This document shows positions 24,601 to 39,700 of a stretch of DNA of 64,000 nucleotides, in pieces. Numbering within the stretch: the first letter of the stretch is position 1; every line of letters begins with the position of its first letter. Origin of the DNA: Auanema rhodensis (lineage: Eukaryota > Animalia > Nematoda); NCBI GenBank assembly GCA_964057225.1, contig OZ059899.1, positions 17,484,001 through 17,548,000 of the forward strand, read 5' to 3'. Made by a program: the position numbers and the translations under genes. The notes beneath the pieces are model-generated. The model made no database searches. It was given only the letters and a program-made list of their open reading frames with translations, and was not told the origin of the DNA.

Positions 24601-27036
24601 CTTCGTTGAATAACAATGTCCATCGTCTTCGCCTTAAAAAAAAAATCTAAAAACATCTACTTTTTGTGAAATTATTTTGAAATTTTTAGGGAAAATTTTT
24701 GTCAAAAAGTTTTTGGAAGCAATGTTGAGTGTACATGGAAACTCAACATACACTAATGCATCATTTTTCAAACGATCATAACTAATTTTTGTATCGAGCG
24801 TTTCTCAATGTAGTATAGTGCATTCGATGCGGATTTTTAAGCTGCGTCGATCTATGTTATCAGATTTGCGCTATTTTAAAAATGCACCGAGATATCAACT
24901 GATATAAGTTCACACTTATATCCTCGATTTTCAACCTGAAGAATTAATTTCTTCGTTGAATAACAATGTCCATCGTCTTCGCCTTGAAAGAAGGAATCTA
25001 AAAACATCTACTTTTTGTGAAATTATTTTGAAATTTTTAGGGAAAATTTTTGTCAAAAAGTTTTTGGAAGCAATGTTGAGTGTACATGGAAACTCAACAT
25101 ACACTAATGCATCATTTTTCAAACGATCATAACTAATTTTTGTATTGAGCGTTTCTCAATGTAGTATAGTGCATTCGATGCGGATTTTTAAGCTGCGTCG
25201 ATCTATGTTATCAGATTTGCGCTATCTTTAAAATGCACCGATATATCAACTGATATAAGTTCACACTTATATCCTCGATTTTCAACCTGAAGAATTAATT
25301 TTTTCGTTGAATAACATTGTCCATCGTCTTCGCCTTGAAAAAAGGAATCTAAAAACATCTACTTTTTGTGAAATTATCTTGAAATTTTTCGGAAAAATTT
25401 TTGTCAAAATGTTTTTGGAAGCTATGTTGAGTGTACATGGAAACTCAACATACACTAATGCATCATTTTTCAAACGATCATAACTAATTTTTGTATTGAG
25501 CGTTTCTCAATGTAGTATAGTGCATTCGATGCGGATTTTTAAGCTGCGTCGATCTATGTTATCAGATTTGCGCTATCTTAAAAATGCACCGAGATATCAA
25601 CTGATATAAGTTCACACTTATATCCTCGATTTTCAACCTGAAGAATTAATTTCTTCGTTGAATAACATTGTCCATCGTCTTCGCCTTGAAAAAAGGAATC
25701 TAAAAACATCTACTTTTTGTGAAATTATTTTGAAATTTTCAGGGAAAATTTTTGTCAAAATGTTTTTGGAAGCAATGTTGAGTGTACATGGAAACTCAAC
25801 ATACACTAATGCATCATTTTTCAAACGATCATAACTAATTTTTGTATCGAGCGTTTCTCAATGTAGTATAGTGCATTCGATGCGGATTTTTAAGCTGCGT
25901 CGATCTATGTTATCAGATTTGCGCTATCTTAAAAATGCACCGAGATATCAACTGATATAAGTTCACACTTATATCCTCGATTTTCACCCTGAAGAATTAA
26001 TTTTTTCGTTGAATAACATTGTCCATCGTCTTCGCCTTGAAAAAAGGAATCTAAAAACATCTACTTTTTGTGAAATTATTTTGAAATTTTCAGGGAAAAT
26101 TTTTGTCAAAATGTTTTTGGAAGCAATGTTGAGTGTACATGGAAACTCAACATACACTAATGCATCATTTTTCAAACGATCATAACTAATTTTTGTATTG
26201 AGCGTTTCTCAATGTAGTATAGTGCATTCGATGCGGATTTTTAAGCTGCGTCGATCTATGTTATCAGATTTGCGCTATCTTAAAAATGCACCGAGATATC
26301 AACTGATATAAGTTCACACTTATATCCTCGATTTTCACCCTGAAGAATTAATTTTTTCGTTGAATAACATTGTCCATCGTCTTCGCCTTGAAAAAAGGAA
26401 TCTAAAAACATCTACTTTTTGTGAAATTATTTTGAAATTTTCAGGGAAAATTTTTGTCAAAATGTTTTTGGAAGCAATGTTGAGTGTACATGGAAACTCA
26501 ACATACACTAATGCATCATTTTTCAAACGATCATAACTAATTTTTGTATCGAGCGTTTCTCAATGTAGTATAGTGCATTCGATGCGGATTTTTAAGCTGC
26601 GTCGATCTATGTTATCAGATTTGCGCTATCTTAAAAATGCACCGAGATATCAACTGATATAAGTTCACACTTATATCCTCGATTTTCAACCTGAAGAATT
26701 AATTTCTTCGTTGAATAACAATGTCCATCGTCTTCGCCTTAAAAAAAAAATCTAAAAACATCTACTTTTTGTGAAATTATTTTGAAATTTTCAGGGAAAA
26801 TTTTTGTCAAAATGTTTTTGGAAGCAATGTTGAGTGTACATGGAAACTCAACATACACTAATGCATCATTTTTCAAACGATCATAACTAATTTTTGTATC
26901 GAGCGTTTCTCAATGTAGTATAGTGCATTCGATGCGGATTTTTAAGCTGCGTCGATCTATGTTATCAGATTTGCGCTATCTTAAAAATGCACCGAGATAT
27001 CAACTGATATAAGTTCACACTTATATCCTCGATTTT

Positions 27037-30000
27037 CACCCTGAAGAATTAATTTTTTCGTTGAATAACATTGTCCATCGTCTTCGCCTTGAAAAAAGGA
27101 ATCTAAAAACATCTACTTTTTGTGAAATTATTTTGAAATTTTCAGGGAAAATTTTTGTCAAAATGTTTTTGGAAGCAATGTTGAGTGTACATGGAAACTC
27201 AACATACACTAATGCATCATTTTTCAAACGATCATAACTAATTTTTGTATTGAGCGTTTCTCAATGTAGTATAGTGCATTCGATGCGGATTTTTAAGCTG
27301 CGTCGATCTATGTTATCAGATTTGCGCTATCTTAAAAATGCACCGAGATATCAACTGATATAAGTTCACACTTATATCCTCGATTTTCACCCTGAAGAAT
27401 TAATTTTTTCGTTGAATAACATTGTCCATCGTCTTCGCCTTGAAAAAAGGAATCTAAAAACATCTACTTTTTGTGAAATTATTTTGAAATTTTCAGGGAA
27501 AATTTTTGTCAAAATGTTTTTGGAAGCAATGTTGAGTGTACATGGAAACTCAACATACACTAATGCATCATTTTTCAAACGATCATAACTAATTTTTGTA
27601 TCGAGCGTTTCTCAATGTAGTATAGTGCATTCGATGCGGATTTTTAAGCTGCGTCGATCTATGTTATCAGATTTGCGCTATCTTAAAAATGCACCGAGAT
27701 ATCAACTGATATAAGTTCACACTTATATCCTCGATTTTCAACCTGAAGAATTAATTTCTTCGTTGAATAACAATGTCCATCGTCTTCGCCTTAAAAAAAA
27801 AATCTAAAAACATCTACTTTTTGTGAAATTATTTTGAAATTTTTAGGGAAAATTTTTGTCAAAAAGTTTTTGGAAGCAATGTTGAGTGTACATGGAAACT
27901 CAACATACACTAATGCATCATTTTTCAAACGATCATAACTAATTTTTGTATTGAAGGTTTCTCAATGTAGTATAGTGCATTCGATGCGGATTTTTAAGCT
28001 GCGTCGATCTATGTTATCAGATTTGCGCTATCTTTAAAATGCACCGATATATCAACTGATATAAGTTCACACTTATATCCTCGATTTTCACCCTGAAGAA
28101 TTAATTTTTTTGTTGAATAACAATGTCCATCGTCTTCGCCTTAAAAAAAAATCTAAAAACATCTACTTTTTGTGAAATTATTTTGAAATTTTTAGGGAAA
28201 ATTTTTGTCAAAATGTTTTTGGAAGCAATGTTGAGTGTACATGGAAACTCAACATACACTAATGCATCATTTTTCAAACGATCATAACTAATTTTTGTAT
28301 TGAGGGTTTCTCAATGTAGTATAGTGCATTCGATGCGGATTTTTAAGCTGCGTCGATCTATGTTATCAGATTTGCGCTATCTTAAAAATGCACCGAGATA
28401 TCAACTGATATAAGTTCACACTTATATCCTCGATTTTCAACCTGAAGAATTAATTTTTTTGTTGAATAACATTGTCCATCGTTTTCGCCTTGAAAAAAGA
28501 AATCTAAAAACATCTACTTTTTGTAAAATTATTTTGAAATTTTTAGGGAAAATTTTTGTCAAAAAGTTTTTGGAAGCAATGTTGAGTGTACATGGAAACT
28601 CAACATACACTAATGCATCATTTTTCAAACGATCATAACTAATTTTTGTATTGAGCGTTTCTCAATGTAGTATAGTGCATTCGATGCGGATTTTTAAGCT
28701 GCGTCGATCTATGTTATCAGATTTGCGCTATCTTTAAAATGCACCGATATATCAACTGATATAAGTTCACACTTATATCCTCGATTTTCACCCTGAAGAA
28801 TTAATTTTTTTGTTGAATAACATTGTCCATCGTTTTCGCCTTGAAAAACGAAATCTAAAAACATCTACTTTTTGTAAAAATATTTTGAAATTTTTAGGGA
28901 AAATTTTTGTCAAAATGTTTTTGGAAGCAATGTTGAGTGTACATGGAAACTCAACATACACTAATGCATCATTTTTCAAACGATCATAACTAATTTTTGT
29001 ATTGAGCGTTTCTCAATGTAGTATAGTGCATTCGATGCGGATTTTTAAGCTGCTTCGATCTATGTTATCAGATTTGCGCTATCTTTAAAATGCACCGATA
29101 TATCAACTGATATAAGTTCACACTTATATCCTCGATTTTCACCCTGAAGAATTAATTTTTTTGTTGAATAACATTGTCCATCGTCTTCACCTTGAAAAAA
29201 GGAATCTAAAAACAACTACTTTTTGTAAAATTATTCTGAAATTTTTAGGGAAAATTTTTGTCAAAATGTTTTTGGAAGCAATGTTGAGTGTACATGGAAA
29301 CTCAACATACACTAATGCATCATTTTTCAAACGATCATAACTAATTTTTGTATTGAGCGTTTCTCAATGTAGTATAGTGCATTCGATGCGGATTTTTAAG
29401 CTGCGTCGATCTATGTTATCAGATTTGCGCTAGCTTAAAAATGCACCGAGATATCAACTGATATAAGTTCACACTTATATCCTCGATTTTCAACCTGAAG
29501 AATTAATTTCTTCGTTGAATAACAATGTCCATCGTCTTCGCCTTAAAAAAAAAAATCTAAAAACATCTACTTTTTGTGAAATTATTTTGAAATTTTTAGG
29601 GAAAATTTTTGTCAAAAAGTTTTTGGAAGCAATGTTGAGTGTACATGGAAACTCAACATACACTAATGCATCATTTTTCAAACGATCATAACTAATTTTT
29701 GTATTGAGCGTTTCTCAATGTAGTATAGTGCATTCGATGCGGATTTTTAAGCTGCGTCGATCTTTGTTATCAGATTTGCGCTATCTTAAAAATGCACCGA
29801 GATATCAACTGATATAAGTTCACACTTATATCCTCGATTTTCAACCTGAAGAATTAATTTCTTCGTTGAATAACAATGTCCATCGTCTTCGCCTTGAAAA
29901 AAGGAATCTAAAAACATCTACTTTTTGTGAAATTATTTTGAAATTTTCAGGGAAAATTTTTGTCAAAATGTTTTTGGAAGCAATGTTGAGTGTACATGGA

Positions 30001-33000
30001 AACTCAACATACACTAATGCATCATTTTTCAAACGATCATAACTAATTTTTGTATCGAGCGTTTCTCAATGTAGTATAGTGCATTCGATGCGGATTTTTA
30101 AGCTGCGTCGATCTATGTTATCAGATTTGCGCTATTTTAAAAATGCACCGAGATATCAACTGATATAAGTTCACACTTATATCCTCGATTTTCAACCTGA
30201 AGAATTAATTTCTTCGTTGAATAACAATGTCCATCGTCTTCGCCTTAAAAAAAAAAATCTAAAAACATCTACTTTTTGTGAAATTATCTTGAAATTTTTA
30301 GGGAAAATTTTTGTCAAAAAGTTTTTGGAAGCAATGTTGAGTGTACATGGAAACTCAACATACACTAATGCATCATTTTTCAAACGATCATAACTAATTT
30401 TTGTATTGAGCGTTTCTCAATGTAGTATAGTGCATTCGATGCGGATTTTTAAGCTGCGTCGATCTATGTTATCAGATTTGCGCTATCTTAAAAATGCACC
30501 GAGATATCAACTGATATAAGTTCACACTTATATCCTCGATTTTCAACCTGAAGAATTAATTTCTTCGTTGAATAACAATGTCCATCGTCTTCGCCTTAAA
30601 AAAAAAAATCTAAAAACATCTACTTTTTGTGAAATTATCTTGAAATTTTTAGGGAAAATTTTTGTCAAAAAGTTTTTGGAAGCAATGTTGAGTGTACATG
30701 GAAACTCAACATACACTAATGCATCATTTTTCAAACGATCATAACTAATTTTTGTATTGAGCGTTTCTCAATGTAGTATAGTGCATTCGATGCGGATTTT
30801 TAAGCTGCGTCGATCTATGTTATCAGATTTGCGCTATCTTAAAAATGCACCGAGATATCAACTGATATAAGTTCACACTTATATCCTCGATTTTCACCCT
30901 GAAGAATTAATTTTTTCGTTGAATAACATTGTCCATCGTCTTCGCCTTGAAAAAAGGAATCTAAAAACATCTACTTTTTGTGAAATTATTTTGAAATTTT
31001 CAGGGAAAATTTTTGTCAAAATGTTTTTGGAAGCAATGTTGAGTGTACATGGAAACTCAACATACACTAATGCATCATTTTTCAAACGATCATAACTAAT
31101 TTTTGTATTGAGCGTTTCTCAATGTAGTATAGTGCATTCGATGCGGATTTTTAAGCTGCGTCGATCTATGTTATCAGATTTGCGCTATCTTAAAAATGCA
31201 CCGAGATATCAACTGATATAAGTTCACACTTATATCCTCGATTTTCACCCTGAAGAATTAATTTTTTCGTTGAATAACATTGTCCATCGTCTTCGCCTTG
31301 AAAAAAGGAATCTAAAAACATCTACTTTTTGTGAAATTATTTTGAAATTTTCAGGGAAAATTTTTGTCAAAATGTTTTTGGAAGCAATGTTGAGTGTACA
31401 TGGAAACTCAACATACACTAATGCATCATTTTTCAAACGATCATAACTAATTTTTGTATCGAGCGTTTCTCAATGTAGTATAGTGCATTCGATGCGGATT
31501 TTTAAGCTGCGTCGATCTATGTTATCAGATTTGCGCTATCTTAAAAATGCACCGAGATATCAACTGATATAAGTTCACACTTATATCCTCGATTTTCAAC
31601 CTGAAGAATTAATTTCTTCGTTGAATAACAATGTCCATCGTCTTCGCCTTAAAAAAAAAATCTAAAAACATCTACTTTTTGTGAAATTATTTTGAAATTT
31701 TTAGGGAAAATTTTTGTCAAAAAGTTTTTGGAAGCAATGTTGAGTGTACATGGAAACTCAACATACACTAATGCATCATTTTTCAAACGATCATAACTAA
31801 TTTTTGTATTGAGGGTTTCTCAATGTAGTATAGTGCATTCGATGCGGATTTTTAAGCTGCGTCGATCTATGTTATCAGATTTGCGCTATCTTTAAAATGC
31901 ACCGATATATCAACTGATATAAGTTCACACTTATATCCTCGATTTTCACCCTGAAGAATTAATTTTTTTGTTGAATAACAATGTCCATCGTCTTCGCCTT
32001 AAAAAAAAATCTAAAAACATCTACTTTTTGTGAAATTATTTTGAAATTTTTAGGGAAAATTTTTGTCAAAATGTTTTTGGAAGCAATGTTGAGTGTACAT
32101 GGAAACTCAACATACACTAATGCATCATTTTTCAAACGATCATAACTAATTTTTGTATTGAGGGTTTCTCAATGTAGTATAGTGCATTCGATGCGGATTT
32201 TTAAGCTGCGTCGATCTATGTTATCAGATTTGCGCTATCTTAAAAATGCACCGAGATATCAACTGATATAAGTTCACACTTATATCCTCGATTTTCAACC
32301 TGAAGAATTAATTATTTTGTTGAATAACATTGTCCATCGTTTTCGCCTTGAAAAAAGAAATCTAAAAACATCTACTTTTTGTAAAATTATTTTGAAATTT
32401 TTAGGGAAAATTTTTGTCAAAAAGTTTTTGGAAGCAATGTTGAGTGTACATGGAAACTCAACATACACTAATGCATCATTTTTCAAACGATCATAACTAA
32501 TTTTTGTATTGAGCGTTTCTCAATGTAGTATAGTGCATTCGATGCGGATTTTTAAGCTGCGTCGATCTTTGTTATCAGATTTGCGCTATCTTTAAAATGC
32601 ACCGATATATCAACTGATATAAGTTCACACTTATATCCTCGATTTTCACCCTGAAGAATTAATTTTTTTGTTGAATAACATTGTCCATCGTTTTCGCCTT
32701 GAAAAACGAAATCTAAAAACATCTACTTTTTGTAAAAATATTTTGAAATTTTTAGGGAAAATTTTTGTCAAAATGTTTTTGGAAGCAATGTTGAGTGTAC
32801 ATGGAAACTCAACATACACTAATGCATCATTTTTCAAACGATCATAACTAATTTTTGTATTGAGCGTTTCTCAATGTAGTATAGTGCATTCGATGCGGAT
32901 TTTTAAGCTGCTTCGATCTATGTTATCAGATTTGCGCTATCTTTAAAATGCACCGATATATCAACTGATATAAGTTCACACTTATATCCTCGATTTTCAC

Positions 33001-33700
33001 CCTGAAGAATTAATTTTTTTGTTGAATAACATTGTCCATCGTCTTCACCTTGAAAAAAGGAATCTAAAAACAACTACTTTTTGTAAAATTATTCTGAAAT
33101 TTTTAGGGAAAATTTTTGTCAAAATGTTTTTGGAAGCAATGTTGAGTGTACATGGAAACTCAACATACACTAATGCATCATTTTTCAAACGATCATAACT
33201 AATTTTTGTATTGAGCGTTTCTCAATGTAGTATAGTGCATTCGATGCGGATTTTTAAGCTGCGTCGATCTATGTTATCAGATTTGCGCTAGCTTAAAAAT
33301 GCACCGAGATATCAACTGATATAAGTTCACACTTATATCCTCGATTTTCAACCTGAAGAATTAATTTCTTCGTTGAATAACAATGTCCATCGTCTTCGCC
33401 TTAAAAAAAAAAATCTAAAAACATCTACTTTTTGTGAAATTATTTTGAAATTTTTAGGGAAAATTTTTGTCAAAAAGTTTTTGGAAGCAATGTTGAGTGT
33501 ACATGGAAACTCAACATACACTAATGCATCATTTTTCAAACGATCATAACTAATTTTTGTATTGAGCGTTTCTCAATGTAGTATAGTGCATTCGATGCGG
33601 ATTTTTAAGCTGCGTCGATCTATGTTATCAGATTTGCGCTATCTTTAAAATGCACCGATATATCAACTGATATAAGTTCACACTTATATCCTCGATTTTC
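27037..33700 (+). repeat. Sat351 block duplication at 11-monomer (3858-bp) spacing
   Basis: Private variants tttgtaaaaAtatt, gctgcTtcga and aacaActact/ttattCtga occur at ~28870-29240 and again 3858 bp downstream. ORF pairs 27036/30894, 28437/32295, 28788/32646 and 29490/33348 agree. Confidence 0.88.
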
Positions 33701-36700
33701 ACCCTGAAGAATTAATTTTTTTGTTGAATAACATTGTCCATCGTTTTCGCCTTGAAAAACGAAATCTAAAAACATCTACTTTTTGTAAAATTATTTTGAA
33801 ATTTTTAGGGAAAATTTTTGTCAAAATGTTTTTGGAAGCAATGCTGAGTGTACATGGAAACTCAACATACACTAATGCATCATTTTTCAAACGATCATAA
33901 CTAATTTTTGTATCGAGCGTTTCTCAATGTAGTATAGTGCATTCGATGCGGATTTTTAAGCTGCGTCGATCTATGTTATCAGATTTGCGCTATCTTAAAA
34001 ATGCACCGAGATATCAACTGATATAAGTTCACACATATATCCTCAATTTTCACCCTGAAGAATTAATTTTTTTGTTGAATAACATTGTCCATCGTCTTCG
34101 CCTTGAAAAAAGGAATCTAAAAACATCTACTTTTTGTAAAATTATTTTGAAATTTTTAGGTAAAATTTTTGTCAAAAAGTTTTTGGAAGCAATGTTGAGT
34201 GTACATGGAAACTCAACATACACTAATGCATCATTTTTCAAACGATCATAACTAATTTTCGTATTAAGCGTTTCTCAATGTAGTATAGTGCATTCGATGT
34301 GGATTTTTAAGCTGCGTCGATCTGTGTTATCAGATTTGCGCTAGCTTAAAAATGCACCGAGATATCAACTGATATAAGTTCACACATATATCCTCAATTT
34401 TCACCCTGAAGAATTAATTTTTTTGTTGAATAACATTGTCCATCGTCTTCGCCTTAAAAAAAAAAATCTAAAAACATCTACTTTTTGTGAAATTATTTTG
34501 AAATTTTTAGGGAAAATTTTTGTCAAAAAGTTTTTGGAAGCAATGTTGAGTGTACATGGAAACTCAACATACACTAATGCATCATTTTTCAAACGATCAT
34601 AACTAATTTTCGTATTAAGCGTTTCTCAATGTAGTATAGTGCATTCGATGCGGATTTTTAAGCTGCGTCGATCTATGTTATCAGATTTGCGCTATCTTTA
34701 AAATGCACCGATATATCAACTGATATAAGTTCACACTTATATCCTCGATTTTCAACCTGAAGAATTAATTTCTTCGTTGAATAACAATGTCCATCGTCTT
34801 CGCCTTAAAAAAAAAAATCTAAAAACATCTACTTTTTGTGAAATTATTTTGAAATTTTTAGGGAAAATTTTTGTTAAAAAGTTTTTGGAAGCAATGTTGA
34901 GTGTACATGGAAACTCAACATACACTAATGCATCATTTTTCAAACGATCATAACTAATTTTTGTATTGAGCGTTTCTCAATGTAGTATAGTGCATTCGAT
35001 GCGGATTTTTAAGCTGCGTCGATCTATGTTATCAGATTTGCGCTATCTTAAAAATGCACCGAGATATCAACTGATATAAGTTCACACTTATATCCTCGAT
35101 TTTCACCCTGAAGAATTAATTTTTTCGTTGAATAACATTGTCCATCGTCTTCGCCTTGAAAAAAGGAATCTAAAAACATCTACTTTTTGTGAAATTATTT
35201 TGAAATTTTCAGGGAAAATTTTTGTCAAAATGTTTTTGGAAGCAATGTTGAGTGTACATGGAAACTCAACATACACTAATGCATCATTTTTCAAACGATC
35301 ATAACTAATTTTTGTATCGAGCGTTTCTCAATGTAGTATAGTGCATTCGATGCGGATTTTTAAGCTGCGTCGATCTATGTTATCAGATTTGCGCTATCTT
35401 AAAAATGCACCGAGATATCAACTGATATAAGTTCACACTTATATCCTCGATTTTCAACCTGAAGAATTAATTTCTTCGTTGAATAACAATGTCCATCGTC
35501 TTCGCCTTAAAAAAAAAATCTAAAAACATCTACTTTTTGTGAAATTATTTTGAAATTTTCAGGGAAAATTTTTGTCAAAATGTTTTTGGAAGCAATGTTG
35601 AGTGTACATGGAAACTCAACATACACTAATGCATCATTTTTCAAACGATCATTACTAATTTTTGTATCGAGCGTTTCTCAATGTAGTATAGTGCATTCGA
35701 TGCGGATTTTTAAGCTGCGTCGATCTATGTTATCAGATTTGCGCTATCTTAAAAATGCACCGAGATATCAACTGATATAAGTTCACACTTATATCCTCGA
35801 TTTTCAACCTGAAGAATTAATTTCTTCGTTGAATAACAATGTCCATCGTCTTCGCCTTAAAAAAAAAATCTAAAAACATCTACTTTTTGTGAAATTATTT
35901 TGAAATTTTTAGGGAAAATTTTTGTCAAAAAGTTTTTGGAAGCAATGTTGAGTGTACATGGAAACTCAACATACACTAATGCATCATTTTTCAAACGATC
36001 ATAACTAATTTTTGTATTGAGCGTTTCTCAATGTAGTATAGTGCATTCGATGCGGATTTTTAAGCTGCGTCGATCTATGTTATCAGATTTGCGCTATCTT
36101 TAAAATGCACCGATATATCAACTGATATAAGTTCACACTTATATCCTCGATTTTCACCCTGAAGAATTAATTTTTTTGTTGAATAACAATGTCCATCGTC
36201 TTCGCCTTAAAAAAAAATCTAAAAACATCTACTTTTTGTGAAATTATTTTGAAATTTTTAGGGAAAATTTTTGTCAAAATGTTTTTGGAAGCAATGTTGA
36301 GTGTACATGGAAACTCAACATACACTAATGCATCATTTTTCAAACGATCATAACTAATTTTTGTATTGAGCGTTTCTCAATGTAGTATAGTGCATTCGAT
36401 GCGGATTTTTAAGCTGCGTCGATCTATGTTATCAGATTTGCGCTATCTTAAAAATGCACCGAGATATCAACTGATATAAGTTCACACTTATATCCTCGAT
36501 TTTCAACCTGAAGAATTAATTTTTTTGTTGAATAACATTGTCCATCGTTTTCGCCTTGAAAAAAGAAATCTAAAAACATCTACTTTTTGTAAAATTATTT
36601 TGAAATTTTTAGGGAAAATTTTTGTCAAAAAGTTTTTGGAAGCAATGTTGAGTGTACATGGAAACTCAACATACACTAATGCATCATTTTTCAAACGATC

Positions 36701-39700
36701 ATAACTAATTTTTGTATTGAGCGTTTCTCAATGTAGTATAGTGCATTCGATGCGGATTTTTAAGCTGCGTCGATCTATGTTATCAGATTTGCGCTAGCTT
36801 AAAAATGCACCGAGATATCAACTGATATAAGTTCACACTTATATCCTCGATTTTCAACCTGAAGAATTAATTTCTTCGTTGAATAACAATGTCCATCGTC
36901 TTCGCCTTAAAAAAAAAAATCTAAAAACATCTACTTTTTGTGAAATTATTTTGAAATTTTTAGGGAAAATTTTTGTCAAAAAGTTTTTGGAAGCAATGTT
37001 GAGTGTACATGGAAACTCAACATACACTAATGCATCATTTTTCAAACGATCATAACTAATTTTTGTATTGAGCGTTTCTCAATGTAGTATAGTGCATTCG
37101 ATGCGGATTTTTAAGCTGCGTCGATCTATGTTATCAGATTTGCGCTATCTTTAAAATGCACCGATATATCAACTGATATAAGTTCACACTTATATCCTCG
37201 ATTTTCACCCTGAAGAATTAATTTTTTTGTTGAATAACATTGTCCATCGTTTTCGCCTTGAAAAACGAAATCTAAAAACATCTACTTTTTGTAAAATTAT
37301 TTTGAAATTTTTAGGGAAAATTTTTGTCAAAATGTTTTTGGAAGCAATGCTGAGTGTACATGGAAACTCAACATACACTAATGCATCATTTTTCAAACGA
37401 TCATAACTAATTTTTGTATCGAGCGTTTCTCAATGTAGTATAGTGCATTCGATGCGGATTTTTAAGCTGCGTCGATCTATGTTATCAGATTTGCGCTATC
37501 TTAAAAATGCACCGAGATATCAACTGATATAAGTTCACACATATATCCTCAATTTTCACCCTGAAGAATTAATTTTTTTGTTGAATAACATTGTCCATCG
37601 TCTTCGCCTTGAAAAAAGGAATCTAAAAACATCTACTTTTTGTAAAATTATTTTGAAATTTTTAGGTAAAATTTTTGTCAAAAAGTTTTTGGAAGCAATG
37701 TTGAGTGTACATGGAAACTCAACATACACTAATGCATCATTTTTCAAACGATCATAACTAATTTTCGTATTAAGCGTTTCTCAATGTAGTATAGTGCATT
37801 CGATGTGGATTTTTAAGCTGCGTCGATCTGTGTTATCAGATTTGCGCTAGCTTAAAAATGCACCGAGATATCAACTGATATAAGTTCACACATATATCCT
37901 CAATTTTCACCCTGAAGAATTAATTTTTTTGTTGAATAACATTGTCCATCGTCTTCGCCTTAAAAAAAAAAATCTAAAAACATCTACTTTTTGTGAAATT
38001 ATTTTGAAATTTTTAGGGAAAATTTTTGTCAAAAAGTTTTTGGAAGCAATGTTGAGTGTACATGGAAACTCAACATACACTAATGCATCATTTTTCAAAC
38101 GATCATAACTAATTTTCGTATTAAGCGTTTCTCAATGTAGTATAGTGCATTCGATGCGGATTTTTAAGCTGCGTCGATCTATGTTATCAGATTTGCGCTA
38201 TCTTAAAAATGCACCGAGATATCAACTGATATAAGTTCACACTTATATCCTCGATTTTCAACCTGAAGAATTAATTTCTTCGTTGAATAACAATGTCCAT
38301 CGTCTTCGCCTTAAAAAAAAAATCTAAAAACATCTACTTTTTGTGAAATTATTTTGAAATTTTCAGGGAAAATTTTTGTCAAAATGTTTTTGGAAGCAAT
38401 GTTGAGTGTACATGGAAACTCAACATACACTAATGCATCATTTTTCAAACGATCATAACTAATTTTTGTATTGAGCGTTTCTCAATGTAGTATAGTGCAT
38501 TCGATGCGGATTTTTAAGCTGCGTCGATCTATGTTATCAGATTTGCGCTATCTTAAAAATGCACCGAGATATCAACTGATATAAGTTCACACTTATATCC
38601 TCGATTTTCACCCTGAAGAATTAATTTTTTCGTTGAATAACATTGTCCATCGTCTTCGCCTTGAAAAAAGGAATCTAAAAACATCTACTTTTTGTGAAAT
38701 TATTTTGAAATTTTCAGGGAAAATTTTTGTCAAAATGTTTTTGGAAGCAATGTTGAGTGTACATGGAAACTCAACATACACTAATGCATCATTTTTCAAA
38801 CGATCATAACTAATTTTTGTATCGAGCGTTTCTCAATGTAGTATAGTGCATTCGATGCGGATTTTTAAGCTGCGTCGATCTATGTTATCAGATTTGCGCT
38901 ATCTTAAAAATGCACCGAGATATCAACTGATATAAGTTCACACTCATATCCTCGATTTTCAACCTGAAGAATTAATTTCTTCGTTGAATAACAATGTCCA
39001 TCGTCTTCGCCTTAAAAAAAAAATCTAAAAACATCTACTTTTTGTGAAATTATTTTGAAATTTTTAGGGAAAATTTTTGTCAAAAAGTTTTTGGAAGCAA
39101 TGTTGAGTGTACATGGAAACTCAACATACACTAATGCATCATTTTTCAAACGATCATAACTAATTTTTGTATTGAGCGTTTCTCAATGTAGTATAGTGCA
39201 TTCGATGCGGATTTTTAAGCTGCGTCGATCTATGTTATCAGATTTGCGCTATCTTTAAAATGCACCGATATATCAACTGATATAAGTTCACACTTATATC
39301 CTCGATTTTCACCCTGAAGAATTAATTTTTTTGTTGAATAACAATGTCCATCGTCTTCGCCTTAAAAAAAAATCTAAAAACATCTACTTTTTGTGAAATT
39401 ATTTTGAAATTTTTAGGGAAAATTTTTGTCAAAATGTTTTTGGAAGCAATGTTGAGTGTACATGGAAACTCAACATACACTAATGCATCATTTTTCAAAC
39501 GATCATAACTAATTTTTGTATTGAGCGTTTCTCAATGTAGTATAGTGCATTCGATGCGGATTTTTAAGCTGCGTCGATCTATGTTATCAGATTTGCGCTA
39601 GCTTAAAAATGCACCGAGATATCAACTGATATAAGTTCACACTTATATCCTCGATTTTCAACCTGAAGAATTAATTTCTTCGTTGAATAACAATGTCCAT